Positions 20,007-29,958 of a stretch of DNA of 64,000 nucleotides are shown piece by piece. The stretch comes from an uncultured Phocaeicola sp. (GTDB lineage Bacteria; Bacteroidota; Bacteroidia; Bacteroidales; Bacteroidaceae), in contig CALUIE010000001.1 of NCBI GenBank assembly GCA_944320605.1, forward strand, positions 24,191 to 88,190, in the 5' to 3' direction. The notes below the pieces were generated by a model. The model had not been told where the DNA came from, made no database searches, and saw only the letters and a program-made list of their open reading frames with translations. The position numbers were made by a program, and so were the translations under genes. The first letter of the stretch is position 1. Each line of letters starts with the position of its first letter.

Positions 20007-21170
20007 ATGGATAATTATTTGAAAATAAGAAATTTTGGTCCTGTTAAGGATGCGGTTATAGAATTAAAACCTTTCCTTGTACTTATTGGAGGACAAGGAA
20101 CAGGTAAGAGTACAATCGCCAAACTTCTTACCATTTGTCAGGATTATTTGTGGTATGTAAATATTTTGCAGAACAATGAGTATATAAAGTCTCCTTTCAT
20201 ATTGTTTAATATTGATTCATATTTCACAAAACATACATTTATCGAATATAAGAAAGGCAGTATTCATATCATATATAAAGACGGTGGGTTTACTCTTACA
20301 GATGAAAGATATACTGATAAGGAAAATATGATTAATAATTATGCCGCTAATCTTATGAGTGAACAACATCGTATGATTTCAGCCATGGGATTGAATCAGG
20401 ATGTTCCTTATGAAGAATTGTTTAATAAAAACTATTATCTTTTAAGCGCAAACACCAGAACATCTTTATATATACCTTCAGAAAGAAATTTTGCCGGAAT
20501 ATTCTCCTCATTTATAGCAAGCATGATGCTGTCTCAGGTTCCTTTGCCGAATACATTGATGAATTATATCAGTTATTTTGAAAAGTCAAAAAACAAGTAT
20601 CCGGAATATAAACTTCCGTTTATGGATATAACATTCCAGAAAAGACAGGATAAGGAAGGTATTCTGATAAAAGATGCTGATGGCGAAAACAAGCTGTTGC
20701 CATTAAGCGACTGCTCGTCAGGGATACAATCATTATTGCCTATGCTTATGATTCTGGACTATTGTATAGATAACAAGTTTTTCAGGTCATATATAGTGGA
20801 AGAGCCTGAACAAAATCTATATCCAGAAAATCAGTATGCCGTTCTCTGTTATTTAATTTCCCAAATTAATAAGGTCGAGAATGCCGACAGTCATGTTATA
20901 ACTACACACAGTCCGTATATACTGTCTGCTTTAAACAACCTGATGTTTGCATACGAAGTGGGTCAGTCCAAACCGGAGGAAACGGAAGCTGTAATACCGA
21001 AGGCTTGCTGGATAGATGCCAAACGGATAGTTGCTTATTCTACTGACGGTGGCATAATCGAACCTATTATCGACAATGAGCTGCAGCAAATAGAAGCAGA
21101 GCGTATAGATGGTGTTTCCCAGAAGATGAACGAACAGTATGAGCGGTTGTTGGATTTAAAAATCAGATGA
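20007..21170 (+). CDS. ABC-type (AAA_15/AAA_21-like) ATPase, putative defence
   Basis: GGQGTGKS, SSG signature, IVEEPE, TTHSP. Confidence 0.88.
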   Translation: MDNYLKIRNFGPVKDAVIELKPFLVLIGGQGTGKSTIAKLLTICQDYLWYVNILQNNEYIKSPFILFNIDSYFTKHTFIEYKKGSIHIIYKDGGFTLTDERYTDKENMINNYAANLMSEQHRMISAMGLNQDVPYEELFNKNYYLLSANTRTSLYIPSERNFAGIFSSFIASMMLSQVPLPNTLMNYISYFEKSKNKYPEYKLPFMDITFQKRQDKEGILIKDADGENKLLPLSDCSSGIQSLLPMLMILDYCIDNKFFRSYIVEEPEQNLYPENQYAVLCYLISQINKVENADSHVITTHSPYILSALNNLMFAYEVGQSKPEETEAVIPKACWIDAKRIVAYSTDGGIIEPIIDNELQQIEAERIDGVSQKMNEQYERLLDLKIR

Positions 21171-21173
21171 TTC

Positions 21174-21635
21174 ATGAAATTCACGGATAAATATAATCTG
21201 CCTGAGGCCATTAAAAGTGCTGATACCCGAAAGGTTGTTACATTGAAAGAGCCGCGTGAAGACAGGAAATATATAGCTGATAATCCCAATCAACTGTTTC
21301 TGACAGTCTATCAGGTGGACGGAGCATTACTGAAGTCTCAACAACCGGGAGACAAGAAGTGTGATTATGCCATTTACACATCCAATGATGATTTGTTTCT
21401 GATAGAACTGAAAGGAAGTAATTATTCACAAGCATTAGATCAAATGAAAAAAACATTGGATTGCTTGCTGACTCCGGATTTAGATGCTCTGCACTCTGTT
21501 AATGGTAGAGTGATTTTGTCTAAAACCAAGGTTCCTGCTACATTGGAAACAAAAGAAAAAAAGATGATGCTTCTTTTTGGAAAACTTGGTGGAACATTAA
21601 AAAAGAAAAGTCGGGAGTTTCGGGAAGTGGTGTAA
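21174..21635 (+). CDS. Putative PD-(D/E)XK-type nuclease partner of the ATPase
   Basis: KCDY..FLIELKG..A..Q motif; 3-nt gap from the ATPase. Confidence 0.6.
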   Translation: MKFTDKYNLPEAIKSADTRKVVTLKEPREDRKYIADNPNQLFLTVYQVDGALLKSQQPGDKKCDYAIYTSNDDLFLIELKGSNYSQALDQMKKTLDCLLTPDLDALHSVNGRVILSKTKVPATLETKEKKMMLLFGKLGGTLKKKSREFREVV

Positions 21636-21665
21636 GCATCCCCAATAGGTGTATTGATTAGCACC

Positions 21666-21750
21666 CCCTACTGACAGCTTCCCTGACGGAACAGAATTTC
21701 GGAATCCGCAAGTATTCCTGCCGCAAGGCAGGATGCTTGCGGATTTTTTT
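21666..21750 (+). terminator. Repeated cassette-end terminator block
   Basis: AATCCGCAAG..CCTGCCGCAAGGCAGG..CTTGCGGATT-T run; copies at 26140, 33322, 34803; partial at 25226, 32743. Confidence 0.85.
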
Positions 21751-21860
21751 ATAAAAAACATTGATTTATTGTCTATATCAGGAAATAGAGTTACTTTTGT
21801 GAATAAAGCATATAATAGAGTGACAGTAAAAAAATAGCAGAAATATATTGATTAACCAAC

Positions 21861-23438
21861 ATGAAATATCCTATAGGAATACAGAGTTTTGACCGGATAA
21901 TCGAAGACGGTTATCTGTACATCGACAAGACAGACATGATTTACAATCTGGCACACGAAGGCAGTATATATTTCCTGAGCCGTCCGCGCCGTTTCGGAAA
22001 AAGTCTGCTTGTATCCACGCTGAAGAACTACTTCCTGGGAAGAAAAGAGCTTTTCAGGGGACTGAAGATTGACTCACTGGAGAAGGACTGGAAGGCGTAT
22101 CCCGTGTTTCACATAGATTTCAACGGAGGAAATTTCACCCAAAAGGGAATATTGCAGAAATGGATTGACGGCTATATCTCCTCATGGGAGAAGACTGTCG
22201 GGATAGAAACGGATAAGAACCTGCCCTCGGGATTAAGGATGATCGCATTGCTGAAGGCTGCTCACGAACAGACCGGTTTGCGTGCCGTGGTCCTGGTTGA
22301 CGAATACGACAAGCCCATCCTTGACGTGCTTGATTATGACAAGGACCTGGAGGAAGAGCACCGCAACATACTGAAAGGATTTTACTCCGTATTCAAGGGA
22401 GCGGACGAGCATCTGCAGTTTGTGTTCCTGACGGGTGTGACGAAATTCTCGCAGGTAAGCGTGTTCAGCGGATTCAACCAGCCGAAAGATATAAGTATGC
22501 ACAGGAAGTATGAAACACTGTGCGGCATTACGCAGGAGGAACTGGACTCTGCTTTCAGAGAGCAGATAGAGGAGATGTCGGATGAATACAGATGTTCGTA
22601 CGAGGAAATGAGGAATAAACTGAAATCACAATATGACGGGTATCGCTTCAGCGACAGAATGACGGATGTGTATAATCCGTTCAGTCTGCTTAACGCTTTC
22701 GACGCACAACGTATTTACGACTATTGGTTCAAAAGCGGAACTCCAACATATCTTATCCGCCTGTTGTCGCACGCCAACGAAAACATGAACGAGATAACGG
22801 GCAAGTATTATGCTCCTGAAGAGTTCATAGACTATAAGGCCTGCGTGGAAAAACCCCTGCCAATGATTTACCAAAGCGGGTATCTGACAATCAAGAAGTA
22901 TGACATGGAAGAGAACTCATTCCTGCTGGATTATCCTAACAATGAGGTGAAGAAAGGCTTTCTGTCGCTTGTGGCAGCCGGATATTTCAACACACGCGAA
23001 AGTGTCAGCTCGTGGATAATGAGTGCGGTGAGGCAGCTTAAGAAGGGATTGATTGACGATTTCCGTGACGGGCTGACCTCATTCCTGGCGAGTATCCCAT
23101 ATACCATGCGCCGCAAGGAAAACGAGCGTGAGAAGGAACGTTACTTCCACTATACCTTCTATCTGATAATGCGTCTGATAAGCGTTTACACGGTATATAC
23201 GGAGAAAGTACAAAGCCACGGAAGAGTGGACTGCATAGTGGAGACTCCGGACTATGTGTATATCTTCGAGTTCAAGCTGGACGGCACGGCAGACGAAGCG
23301 ATGCAACAGATTGAGGACAAAGGTTATGCACGCGAATATGAGTCAGACAGCCGTAAACTTTATAAGATAGGCACGGTATTCTCCTCGGAAACAGGAACCG
23401 TCGAGGAATGGAAATGTGTGGAACACCACAACGTTTGA
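21861..23438 (+). CDS. AAA-ATPase-like + PD-(D/E)XK (PDDEXK_9-type) protein, copy 1
   Basis: YPIGIQSF, SRPRRFGKS, VDEYDKP, GRVD..IFEFK. Confidence 0.92.
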   Translation: MKYPIGIQSFDRIIEDGYLYIDKTDMIYNLAHEGSIYFLSRPRRFGKSLLVSTLKNYFLGRKELFRGLKIDSLEKDWKAYPVFHIDFNGGNFTQKGILQKWIDGYISSWEKTVGIETDKNLPSGLRMIALLKAAHEQTGLRAVVLVDEYDKPILDVLDYDKDLEEEHRNILKGFYSVFKGADEHLQFVFLTGVTKFSQVSVFSGFNQPKDISMHRKYETLCGITQEELDSAFREQIEEMSDEYRCSYEEMRNKLKSQYDGYRFSDRMTDVYNPFSLLNAFDAQRIYDYWFKSGTPTYLIRLLSHANENMNEITGKYYAPEEFIDYKACVEKPLPMIYQSGYLTIKKYDMEENSFLLDYPNNEVKKGFLSLVAAGYFNTRESVSSWIMSAVRQLKKGLIDDFRDGLTSFLASIPYTMRRKENEREKERYFHYTFYLIMRLISVYTVYTEKVQSHGRVDCIVETPDYVYIFEFKLDGTADEAMQQIEDKGYAREYESDSRKLYKIGTVFSSETGTVEEWKCVEHHNV

Positions 23439-23467
23439 GATTAGTTGGATTGCATATAGAGTGCTCT

Positions 23468-23539
23468 GAAGCGCAATCAGCCATTATATAGTTTGAAATA
23501 TCGTTATAAAGAGCTACATTTGTGACAATTTAGGGATAA
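23468..23539 (+). promoter_or_regulatory. Repeated cassette promoter block
   Basis: CAATCAGCCA..GTTTGAAATATC..TACATTTGTGACA (-33 TTTG, -7 TAnnTTTG); copies near 25275, 33417, 34898. Confidence 0.8.
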
Positions 23540-23560
23540 TTATAATAAGATTACAGGCAA

Positions 23561-24625
23561 ATGATAGAAAACATAAGAATAAGAAACTTCAGAGGCATAC
23601 GGGACTGCAGCTTATCCGGCATGAAACAGATAAATCTGTTCTTAGGTCGTAATAATTGCGGGAAATCATCTGTGCTGGATGCTTTGTTCCTGTTTTCGGG
23701 CGCAACTAATCCCAGACTGCCGCTTACAATCAACTGGGCAAGAAACTACATGAACCAAGGTCCTGAAAGTCTTAAAATGAATTTTTACGGACTCAATACG
23801 GAATCGGTCATTTCGTTGGTCGGACAGTACAAAGCTACCAGACGTGATGTGGAAATATCATATAAAGAGACCTTCTCGCCTACTCTGTCAATGCCCACAG
23901 CTAAGGATATTCATCCAAAAGATGACAAGATATATTCATTGAATGTTAAAACCCGTATAACGCCAATAGCGGATTCTTCGCAGATTAAAGAATATGACAC
24001 ATCAATACAGCTGGAGAAGGTGACCGGAAAAACCGCACAAGTGAAAGATGCCGATTCATCATATAAAGAGGAACTGTCATGCAGGTATATTACGGCTAAC
24101 GAGCCAAATAGCAACAGCCTGAAACAGTTTGCAACACTTCTGGAGGACAAACAGGAGAATTTTGTATTCGACATGTTGAGAAAGGTTGAACCACGGCTGA
24201 AAGACATAGTATCGACTGACGACGGGCTTCTGGCAGACGTAGGTATGGAAAAACGTATTCCTATCCAGTTCCTTGGCGACGGAATACGCAGGTTGCTGTC
24301 AGTGGTGCTGCACATTCATGAAAGCAAAAATGGCATACTGCTTATAGACGAGGTTGACAACGGATTACACTACAGCGCGATGTCTGTGCTATGGGAAACC
24401 ATATTGGAAACTGCCGTACAGACCGGCACGCAGGTGTTTGTTACTACCCACAGCCTTGAATCGCTGAAAGGACTGGCAAGTGTACTGGATGCAAAAGGAA
24501 GTAAATATCAGGATCTGGTGAGTGTGTTCAAACTTATAAAACGTCCTACAGACGAACTAATAGGTCTGAAGTATGATTATGAACAGTTTGATTACTCTAT
24601 CAGGCAAGAAATGGAAATGCGATGA
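23561..24625 (+). CDS. ABC-type (AAA_21-like) ATPase, PARIS AriA-like
   Basis: GRNNCGKS, GDG signature, LLIDEVDNGLH, TTHS. Confidence 0.88.
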   Translation: MIENIRIRNFRGIRDCSLSGMKQINLFLGRNNCGKSSVLDALFLFSGATNPRLPLTINWARNYMNQGPESLKMNFYGLNTESVISLVGQYKATRRDVEISYKETFSPTLSMPTAKDIHPKDDKIYSLNVKTRITPIADSSQIKEYDTSIQLEKVTGKTAQVKDADSSYKEELSCRYITANEPNSNSLKQFATLLEDKQENFVFDMLRKVEPRLKDIVSTDDGLLADVGMEKRIPIQFLGDGIRRLLSVVLHIHESKNGILLIDEVDNGLHYSAMSVLWETILETAVQTGTQVFVTTHSLESLKGLASVLDAKGSKYQDLVSVFKLIKRPTDELIGLKYDYEQFDYSIRQEMEMR

Positions 24626-25206
24626 TAAAGATTTATTTGGAAACCGGAAAGAAAACCACATCGGAGTATGTCTTTATCGAAACATTGCTGCGAGTGTTGG
24701 GTTTAGACAAATCATATCAGATAGAATGTGTGAACGGCAAAGATAATCTGGCAAATGCCGCAAATACATTTATGGCCAATACAGAAAGCGGCGGAAAGAA
24801 TCTTATAGTATTCGATGCGGATACCCCAAAAAATGGAGGAGGTTTTGCCAAACGTAAAAAGGAGCTTGAAACTGCTTTGGAATCACTGGGAATAAAAGCC
24901 GATGTATTTCTGTTTCCTAACAATAAAGATGACGGGGATTTTGAGACTTTGATTTCAAAATTAGTCCTATCAGAAAAACATAAACGTTTTTTTGACTGTT
25001 ACGGGGATTATGAAAAATGCTTGGGTACAGAATATGTATCACCGAATCTGAAAGGTAAATTGTTTACATATATAAGTGCAATACCCATGAGCAAGAGTAA
25101 ACGTGACAGGTTAGGGCAAGGTCAATGGTTTTTCGATAACAAAGACTATTGGAATCTTGAGTGTGAGGCATTGGACCCATTAAAGAAATTTCTTAAAGAC
25201 TGTTGA
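24622..25206 (+). CDS. TOPRIM-like protein (DUF3226-like)
   Basis: IYLE..SE, VFDAD, FLFPNNKDDGDFETL; overlaps the ATPase stop. Confidence 0.75.
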   Translation: MIKIYLETGKKTTSEYVFIETLLRVLGLDKSYQIECVNGKDNLANAANTFMANTESGGKNLIVFDADTPKNGGGFAKRKKELETALESLGIKADVFLFPNNKDDGDFETLISKLVLSEKHKRFFDCYGDYEKCLGTEYVSPNLKGKLFTYISAIPMSKSKRDRLGQGQWFFDNKDYWNLECEALDPLKKFLKDC

Positions 25207-25225
25207 TAGAGAAAACTCAAAGGAA

Positions 25226-25348
25226 CCCTACTGACAGCTTCCCTGACAGAACAGAATTTCGGAATCCATCTCCTGAAGCTCAATCAGCCATTATAAAGTT
25301 TGAAATATCTTTATAAAGAACTACCTTTGTGACAGTTTAAGGATAAAT
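25226..25348 (+). repeat. Fused partial terminator block + promoter block of the cassette repeat
   Basis: First 42 nt match 21666-21707 (one mismatch), then the sequence switches to the promoter block. Confidence 0.85.
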
Positions 25349-25387
25349 AATGTATCTGTAATCATAATATAACCGAAGAGCCTGATT

Positions 25388-25678
25388 ATGAGATTATCCA
25401 GGAAAGAAATAGAAGCAATACTGAATGTCGCTCAAAAGATATACGGTACATCAGTGAAGGTATATCTTTTCGGCTCGCGAACAGACGACAGTAAAAAAGG
25501 TGGAGACATAGACCTGCTTGTGCGTACACCAGAGGGAAACAAAGGAGTACTTGCAAAAATCAGGATGTCAGCCATGCTGAAAGAAATACTTGGTGACCAG
25601 AAAATAGATATCATAGGCGACCATGAGACATCATACGTTGCGATGGAAGCCCTTAATAAAGGAATTTTGCTATCATGA
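25388..25678 (+). CDS. Minimal nucleotidyltransferase (MNT) antitoxin
   Basis: VYLFGSR..GGDIDLLV. Confidence 0.88.
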   Translation: MRLSRKEIEAILNVAQKIYGTSVKVYLFGSRTDDSKKGGDIDLLVRTPEGNKGVLAKIRMSAMLKEILGDQKIDIIGDHETSYVAMEALNKGILLS

Positions 25679-26151
25679 CGGATAAACGAAATGAAATCAA
25701 AGAACGCATGGAGCGTGAATTTGAGATATGCGACAGACATATCTTGCGCATAAAAGAGGCATTGAAAGACTTGTCGTCACATCTTCCATTACAGTTAGAT
25801 GAATATGCGGCACAAGACACAGAATTAGTGCGATGTATAGACCAGTTCATATTCAGATTCTCAAAACTTCAGGATGCAATGGGAGCCAAACTATTCCGAT
25901 ATATTCTGGAGTATCTTGACGAGGACATAAAATACCTTCCTATGCGTGACATACTCAACCGTCTGGAACGCTACGGCATTATCCCCTCTTCTCACGAATG
26001 GATATATATCAGAGAGCTGAGAAACGATATAGCGCACGACTATCCGATAGATGATAAGGACACAGTAACAGCTTTAAACGAACTCATAAGCAAGACAGAG
26101 ATACTGTTGGAGATATACGATGGGTTGAAGGAGCGGTATCAGCTTTCCTGA
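25675..26151 (+). CDS. HEPN-family toxin / nucleotidyltransferase substrate-binding protein
   Basis: DQFIFRFSKLQD; RELRNDIAHDYP (Rx4H); stop codon lies inside the terminator repeat. Confidence 0.85.
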   Translation: MTDKRNEIKERMEREFEICDRHILRIKEALKDLSSHLPLQLDEYAAQDTELVRCIDQFIFRFSKLQDAMGAKLFRYILEYLDEDIKYLPMRDILNRLERYGIIPSSHEWIYIRELRNDIAHDYPIDDKDTVTALNELISKTEILLEIYDGLKERYQLS

Positions 26152-26215
26152 CGGAACAGAACTTCGGAATCCGCAAGTTTTCCCGCCGCAAGGCGGAATG
26201 CTTGCGGATTTTTTT
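26140..26215 (+). terminator. Repeated cassette-end terminator block
   Basis: Homologous to 21666-21750. Confidence 0.85.
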
Positions 26216-26229
26216 ATGTCTGACTCCCC

Positions 26230-26403
26230 CTAACTCCTGCAAGTAGAGCACTTGCGATGCTTTAACTTATCATAAATCTCCCTGAATTCATACTCCGCAA
26301 GCACAATCTGGCGGTGCAACACTTTAAATTTTTCATAATCCAGCTTCCCCTTCTCATAGCGGTATCTCACAATACATCTGAACAACTCCACATACATCGC
26401 CAT
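26230..26403 (-). CDS. Unannotated 57-aa basic protein, divergent from primase-helicase copy 2
   Basis: MAMYVELFRCIVRYRYEKGKLDYEKFKVLHRQIVLAEYEFREIYDKLK..; 11/48 identities to the 19558 ORF without gaps. Confidence 0.6.
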   Translation of the reverse strand: MAMYVELFRCIVRYRYEKGKLDYEKFKVLHRQIVLAEYEFREIYDKLKHRKCSTCRS

Positions 26404-26797
26404 TAAGGCGACTGAAAAATTTTTTAATCATAATTCTATAGTTTTAATTGTTTAACAATTACTCTTTTATTACTTTTTCATCCCTTTTTTATTACTTTTT
26501 CATCTCTTTTTCTGAAAATATGTTACCAAACACCATATATCCGCAGTAAAAATATAAAAATTGTGATTTTAAGACAAAAAAGGGGTTGTTAAATTTCGAC
26601 CTGTTTTCTCACCTGTTTTTTTCAATCATAAAAGGGGGAAACGCTTGTCCGGGCATTCTTAAGGCTGATTCGTGACGGAAAAACCGGATATTAAAAAATA
26701 TTAAACACCCTCATTTTTTAACAACTGCCTGTTTTACTACTCTCCCTACATTTGCCCACATCAAATGTTTTATCAATCTTTTAAATTCATTAGAAGT

Positions 26798-29239
26798 ATG
26801 AACATCACAATCTTCGAGAGCCTTATGAAGAAAGAGGCTCACCGCGTAATCGACGCCGCCGAATGGATAAGGGAAATACGCGACGGCAAGTACAAACCTA
26901 CAGTGGACAAGGTGCGTGCCATGATAAAGATTGGCGACAAGGAAAAGGCGCGCGAATGGAAGATGAAGCTCCCGGCGGCCGTATGGGCGGGAGAGTGCCC
27001 CAAAGGTCGCTACTTCAAGTTCACCACCAAGCGTACAGGCTATGCCATCTTCGACTTCGACGACCTGAAGGAGGAGCAGATTAGTGCCGCTCGACAGCTC
27101 CTCGAGGTCTTCCCCTGGATAGTGGCAATACACGTCACGGCATCGGGTCGCGGACTGCGTGTTGTGGCTAACATCGGACTGGTGCACATCGACGTCTATC
27201 GCGATGCCTACGGGCAAGTGGCATCCCGCCTTCGCGACCTCACCGGTCTGGAGCCCGACATGGCCTGCAAGGACTTTGCCCGTGCCAGCCTCGCCTCCTA
27301 CGACCCCGACATCTATTTCAACCCCGATGCCACCGCCTTCCCCTATCCCGACGCCTCCAACCCCCTGAACTACGTCCCCGCCACAGGCCCCGACACCTCC
27401 GAGGACTTCCGCTATCTGCAAAACCCCGTCACACAGGCACTCGCCTTAGGCTATCAGACGGAGCCATCCCGTCCCGCCCCCGCTCCTCAGGCAGACCCCT
27501 CCACAGCCCCCGATGTTGATGCCGTGATCAACCGCTTCTTCTATACCCACCCTTACGTCCATGGCAGCCGCACACGCACCATGCTCAGCCTGGGCCGGTA
27601 CATCCGCTGGCGGAAAGTCCAGCCCTGGCAGCTCGGTCAGGCCATAGCCACAGCATGTGCCCGCGGCGTAGAGCCCGGCATCACCCCCAAGGAGATAGAA
27701 CGCGCCGTCCGTTGGGGCTATGAACATGGCGACGAAGGCGGAAAAGAGCAGACAAATTGGGTTCACAAGGGTCACAATTCCTATATGACCCCAAATTCTC
27801 CCGTAACATCCGTCAACAACCCTGACAATGAAGAAATTACGGAGGACGAAAAGGAAGAGGAAGATATAATTGAGGACCAATGCGCCCAATTCCGCGACGA
27901 CATTTTCGATACCCTTCCGGAGGAGATAAAGAAACTCCTTGTAGTGGCAAAGGATAGGAAGGAAAGAGACATCATCCTCTTAGGCATACTCACCGTGTCA
28001 AGCACATTGTTTCCTGCCCTTTGGACCATCTACGGCAATAAGAAATATTCAGCCCATATCTATACATACATAGTCGCCGCGGCCGGAGCGGGTAAAGGCG
28101 GGGCAATGAACGGAGTGCTCCTTGCCAAGAAGACAGACCGTGAGCTCGAACGCATATATACGGCATCAAGGAAAGAATACGAGAAGAAGTGCATAGAATG
28201 GGACATGGAGCTGAAATCAGCCATGAAGGAACATAGGCTGCCCGACATGGATAAGAAGCCCGAAGAGCCCGTACACCAGATTATCATTTCCACTCCCAAC
28301 TCCTCCAAGAGCCAGATGATAATCAATATCAGGAACTCGGGCGAGGTAGGGATAGTCATAGTCTCCTCCGAAGGCGATGTGCTGACCGAGACACTGCATT
28401 GCGATTTCGGCAATCTGGCGGCCGAACTGCGTATGTTCTTCCATCATGAGGAAGTACGCCAGCATTTCAAGATAGACAAGGAACAGATTGTCATACCCCA
28501 TCCACATGTGGCAATGCTGCTCACCGGTACACCCGAGCAGGTGGTATCCCTCATCAGGAATACAGAGAACGGTCTCTTCAGCCGTTTCCTCTTCTATGCC
28601 ATGAGCGAGGAACCGGTATGGAAATCACAGTCGCCTTACAAAGGAAACGGCGGTATCGACATAGAGGAACTGTACGGCGAAGTTGGAGAAAAACTGAAAG
28701 CTAACTATTTCAATATCCTTGGCAAGGAAATAAAGATAAACTTCGCGCCTGAGCAATGGGAAATACTTGACAGTGTGTTCGAGACCGAGCTTGGCATAGT
28801 GTCGGCCGAAGGTGAAACGAATGCCACAGCCATAGTGAAAAGATACGGACTTATCACCATGCGCATAGCCATGACCCTGTGCGGCTACCGTATCATGGAG
28901 GCAGGCTGGCAGATAACAGAATACACGTGTCTGGACGAAGACTTCCTCACCGCTCTTCACATCGTACTGACATGCATGAAACATGCGAACCATGTTTCCA
29001 CCATGATGAACAATACGGCATCAAGAGGCAAAGTGAAGAATTTTTACAAGCTTCTCCCTGTCCTCGACAAGATGCCGGATAAATTTAGGTTCACCGATTA
29101 CAAAAATGCGGTCGAAACAGCGGGTTTCGGACCTTCTGCGGCAAAACGTTCCTTGAAAAAATACATCATAACCGGCTTATTGACAAAGGATAACGGTGTT
29201 TACAGGAAGACGGGTAAGCTGAAAAAAAGGTTCAATTAG
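26798..29239 (+). CDS. Primase-helicase (VirE_N/PriCT/DUF3987), copy 2
   Basis: Same motifs as copy 1 (KMKLPA, FDFD, SGRGLR, AAAGAGKG, NGLFSRFLFY). Confidence 0.88.
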   Translation: MNITIFESLMKKEAHRVIDAAEWIREIRDGKYKPTVDKVRAMIKIGDKEKAREWKMKLPAAVWAGECPKGRYFKFTTKRTGYAIFDFDDLKEEQISAARQLLEVFPWIVAIHVTASGRGLRVVANIGLVHIDVYRDAYGQVASRLRDLTGLEPDMACKDFARASLASYDPDIYFNPDATAFPYPDASNPLNYVPATGPDTSEDFRYLQNPVTQALALGYQTEPSRPAPAPQADPSTAPDVDAVINRFFYTHPYVHGSRTRTMLSLGRYIRWRKVQPWQLGQAIATACARGVEPGITPKEIERAVRWGYEHGDEGGKEQTNWVHKGHNSYMTPNSPVTSVNNPDNEEITEDEKEEEDIIEDQCAQFRDDIFDTLPEEIKKLLVVAKDRKERDIILLGILTVSSTLFPALWTIYGNKKYSAHIYTYIVAAAGAGKGGAMNGVLLAKKTDRELERIYTASRKEYEKKCIEWDMELKSAMKEHRLPDMDKKPEEPVHQIIISTPNSSKSQMIINIRNSGEVGIVIVSSEGDVLTETLHCDFGNLAAELRMFFHHEEVRQHFKIDKEQIVIPHPHVAMLLTGTPEQVVSLIRNTENGLFSRFLFYAMSEEPVWKSQSPYKGNGGIDIEELYGEVGEKLKANYFNILGKEIKINFAPEQWEILDSVFETELGIVSAEGETNATAIVKRYGLITMRIAMTLCGYRIMEAGWQITEYTCLDEDFLTALHIVLTCMKHANHVSTMMNNTASRGKVKNFYKLLPVLDKMPDKFRFTDYKNAVETAGFGPSAAKRSLKKYIITGLLTKDNGVYRKTGKLKKRFN

Positions 29240-29319
29240 AAAAAGTGAACCCGGTGAACCCTGACTGAGGATTTCGGACCGCTGAATCCCTCTCCAAAAC
29301 ACGGGCAAATTCCATCCCA

Positions 29320-29358
29320 AACGCGGGCAAGTTTCACCTTAAACTTGCCCGCGTTTTT
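29320..29358 (+). terminator. Terminator hairpin with an upstream 22-nt-period partial copy
   Basis: AAACGCGGGCAAGTTT/AAACTTGCCCGCGTTT-T run. Confidence 0.8.
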
Positions 29359-29479
29359 TCATAAAACCGAAGAAGGAAAAAACCGTACCACAGCGGACAA
29401 ACTGCCAACATACCCTTAAAATCACTTGACCGTCTGCCCCATTTTCAGTATCTTTACGTAAAATAAAACATAAGGATCT

Positions 29480-29728
29480 ATGACAAACGGACAGACACAG
29501 CAGGCTGAACACACCTTCCGCCCGCGCACCTACAAGAAGAACGAACTGGCCATGATGTACTTCCCCGACGTGTCGAAAGACGCCGCCTCGCGCAACTTCC
29601 GCCGATGGATAAGGCAGTGTCCCGACATGCAGAAGGAACTCCGCGCCATCGGCTACGACAAGAACCGCCAGTACCTGCTCAAGGCAGAAGTGGAAGTAAT
29701 AGTAAAGTATCTGGGCGAACCATACTAA
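29480..29728 (+). CDS. DUF4248 family protein, copy 2
   Basis: RTYKKNELAMMYFP..YLGEPY. Confidence 0.9.
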   Translation: MTNGQTQQAEHTFRPRTYKKNELAMMYFPDVSKDAASRNFRRWIRQCPDMQKELRAIGYDKNRQYLLKAEVEVIVKYLGEPY

Positions 29729-29856
29729 GGTTCACCGGATACTTTTTTAATGCATAATCCCCCCTTTCCGTTCATTTTCTCCCGTATAATTTGATTTATC
29801 GTTATAAAATGACTATTTTTGTAAAATGAGCTTTTAATTGTCCACTAAAAGCCAAC

Positions 29857-29952
29857 AACTAAAAACCAACAACCAACAACTCTCAACTCTTAATTTTTAA
29901 TTTTTAATTTTTAACTCTTAATTTTTAATTATTAATTATTAATTATTAATTC
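29857..29952. repeat. Long heptamer tandem array directly upstream of the AAA-PDDEXK gene
   Basis: CCAACAA/CTCTTAA/TTTTTAA/TTATTAA units. Confidence 0.8.
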
Positions 29953-29958
29953 ACCAAC

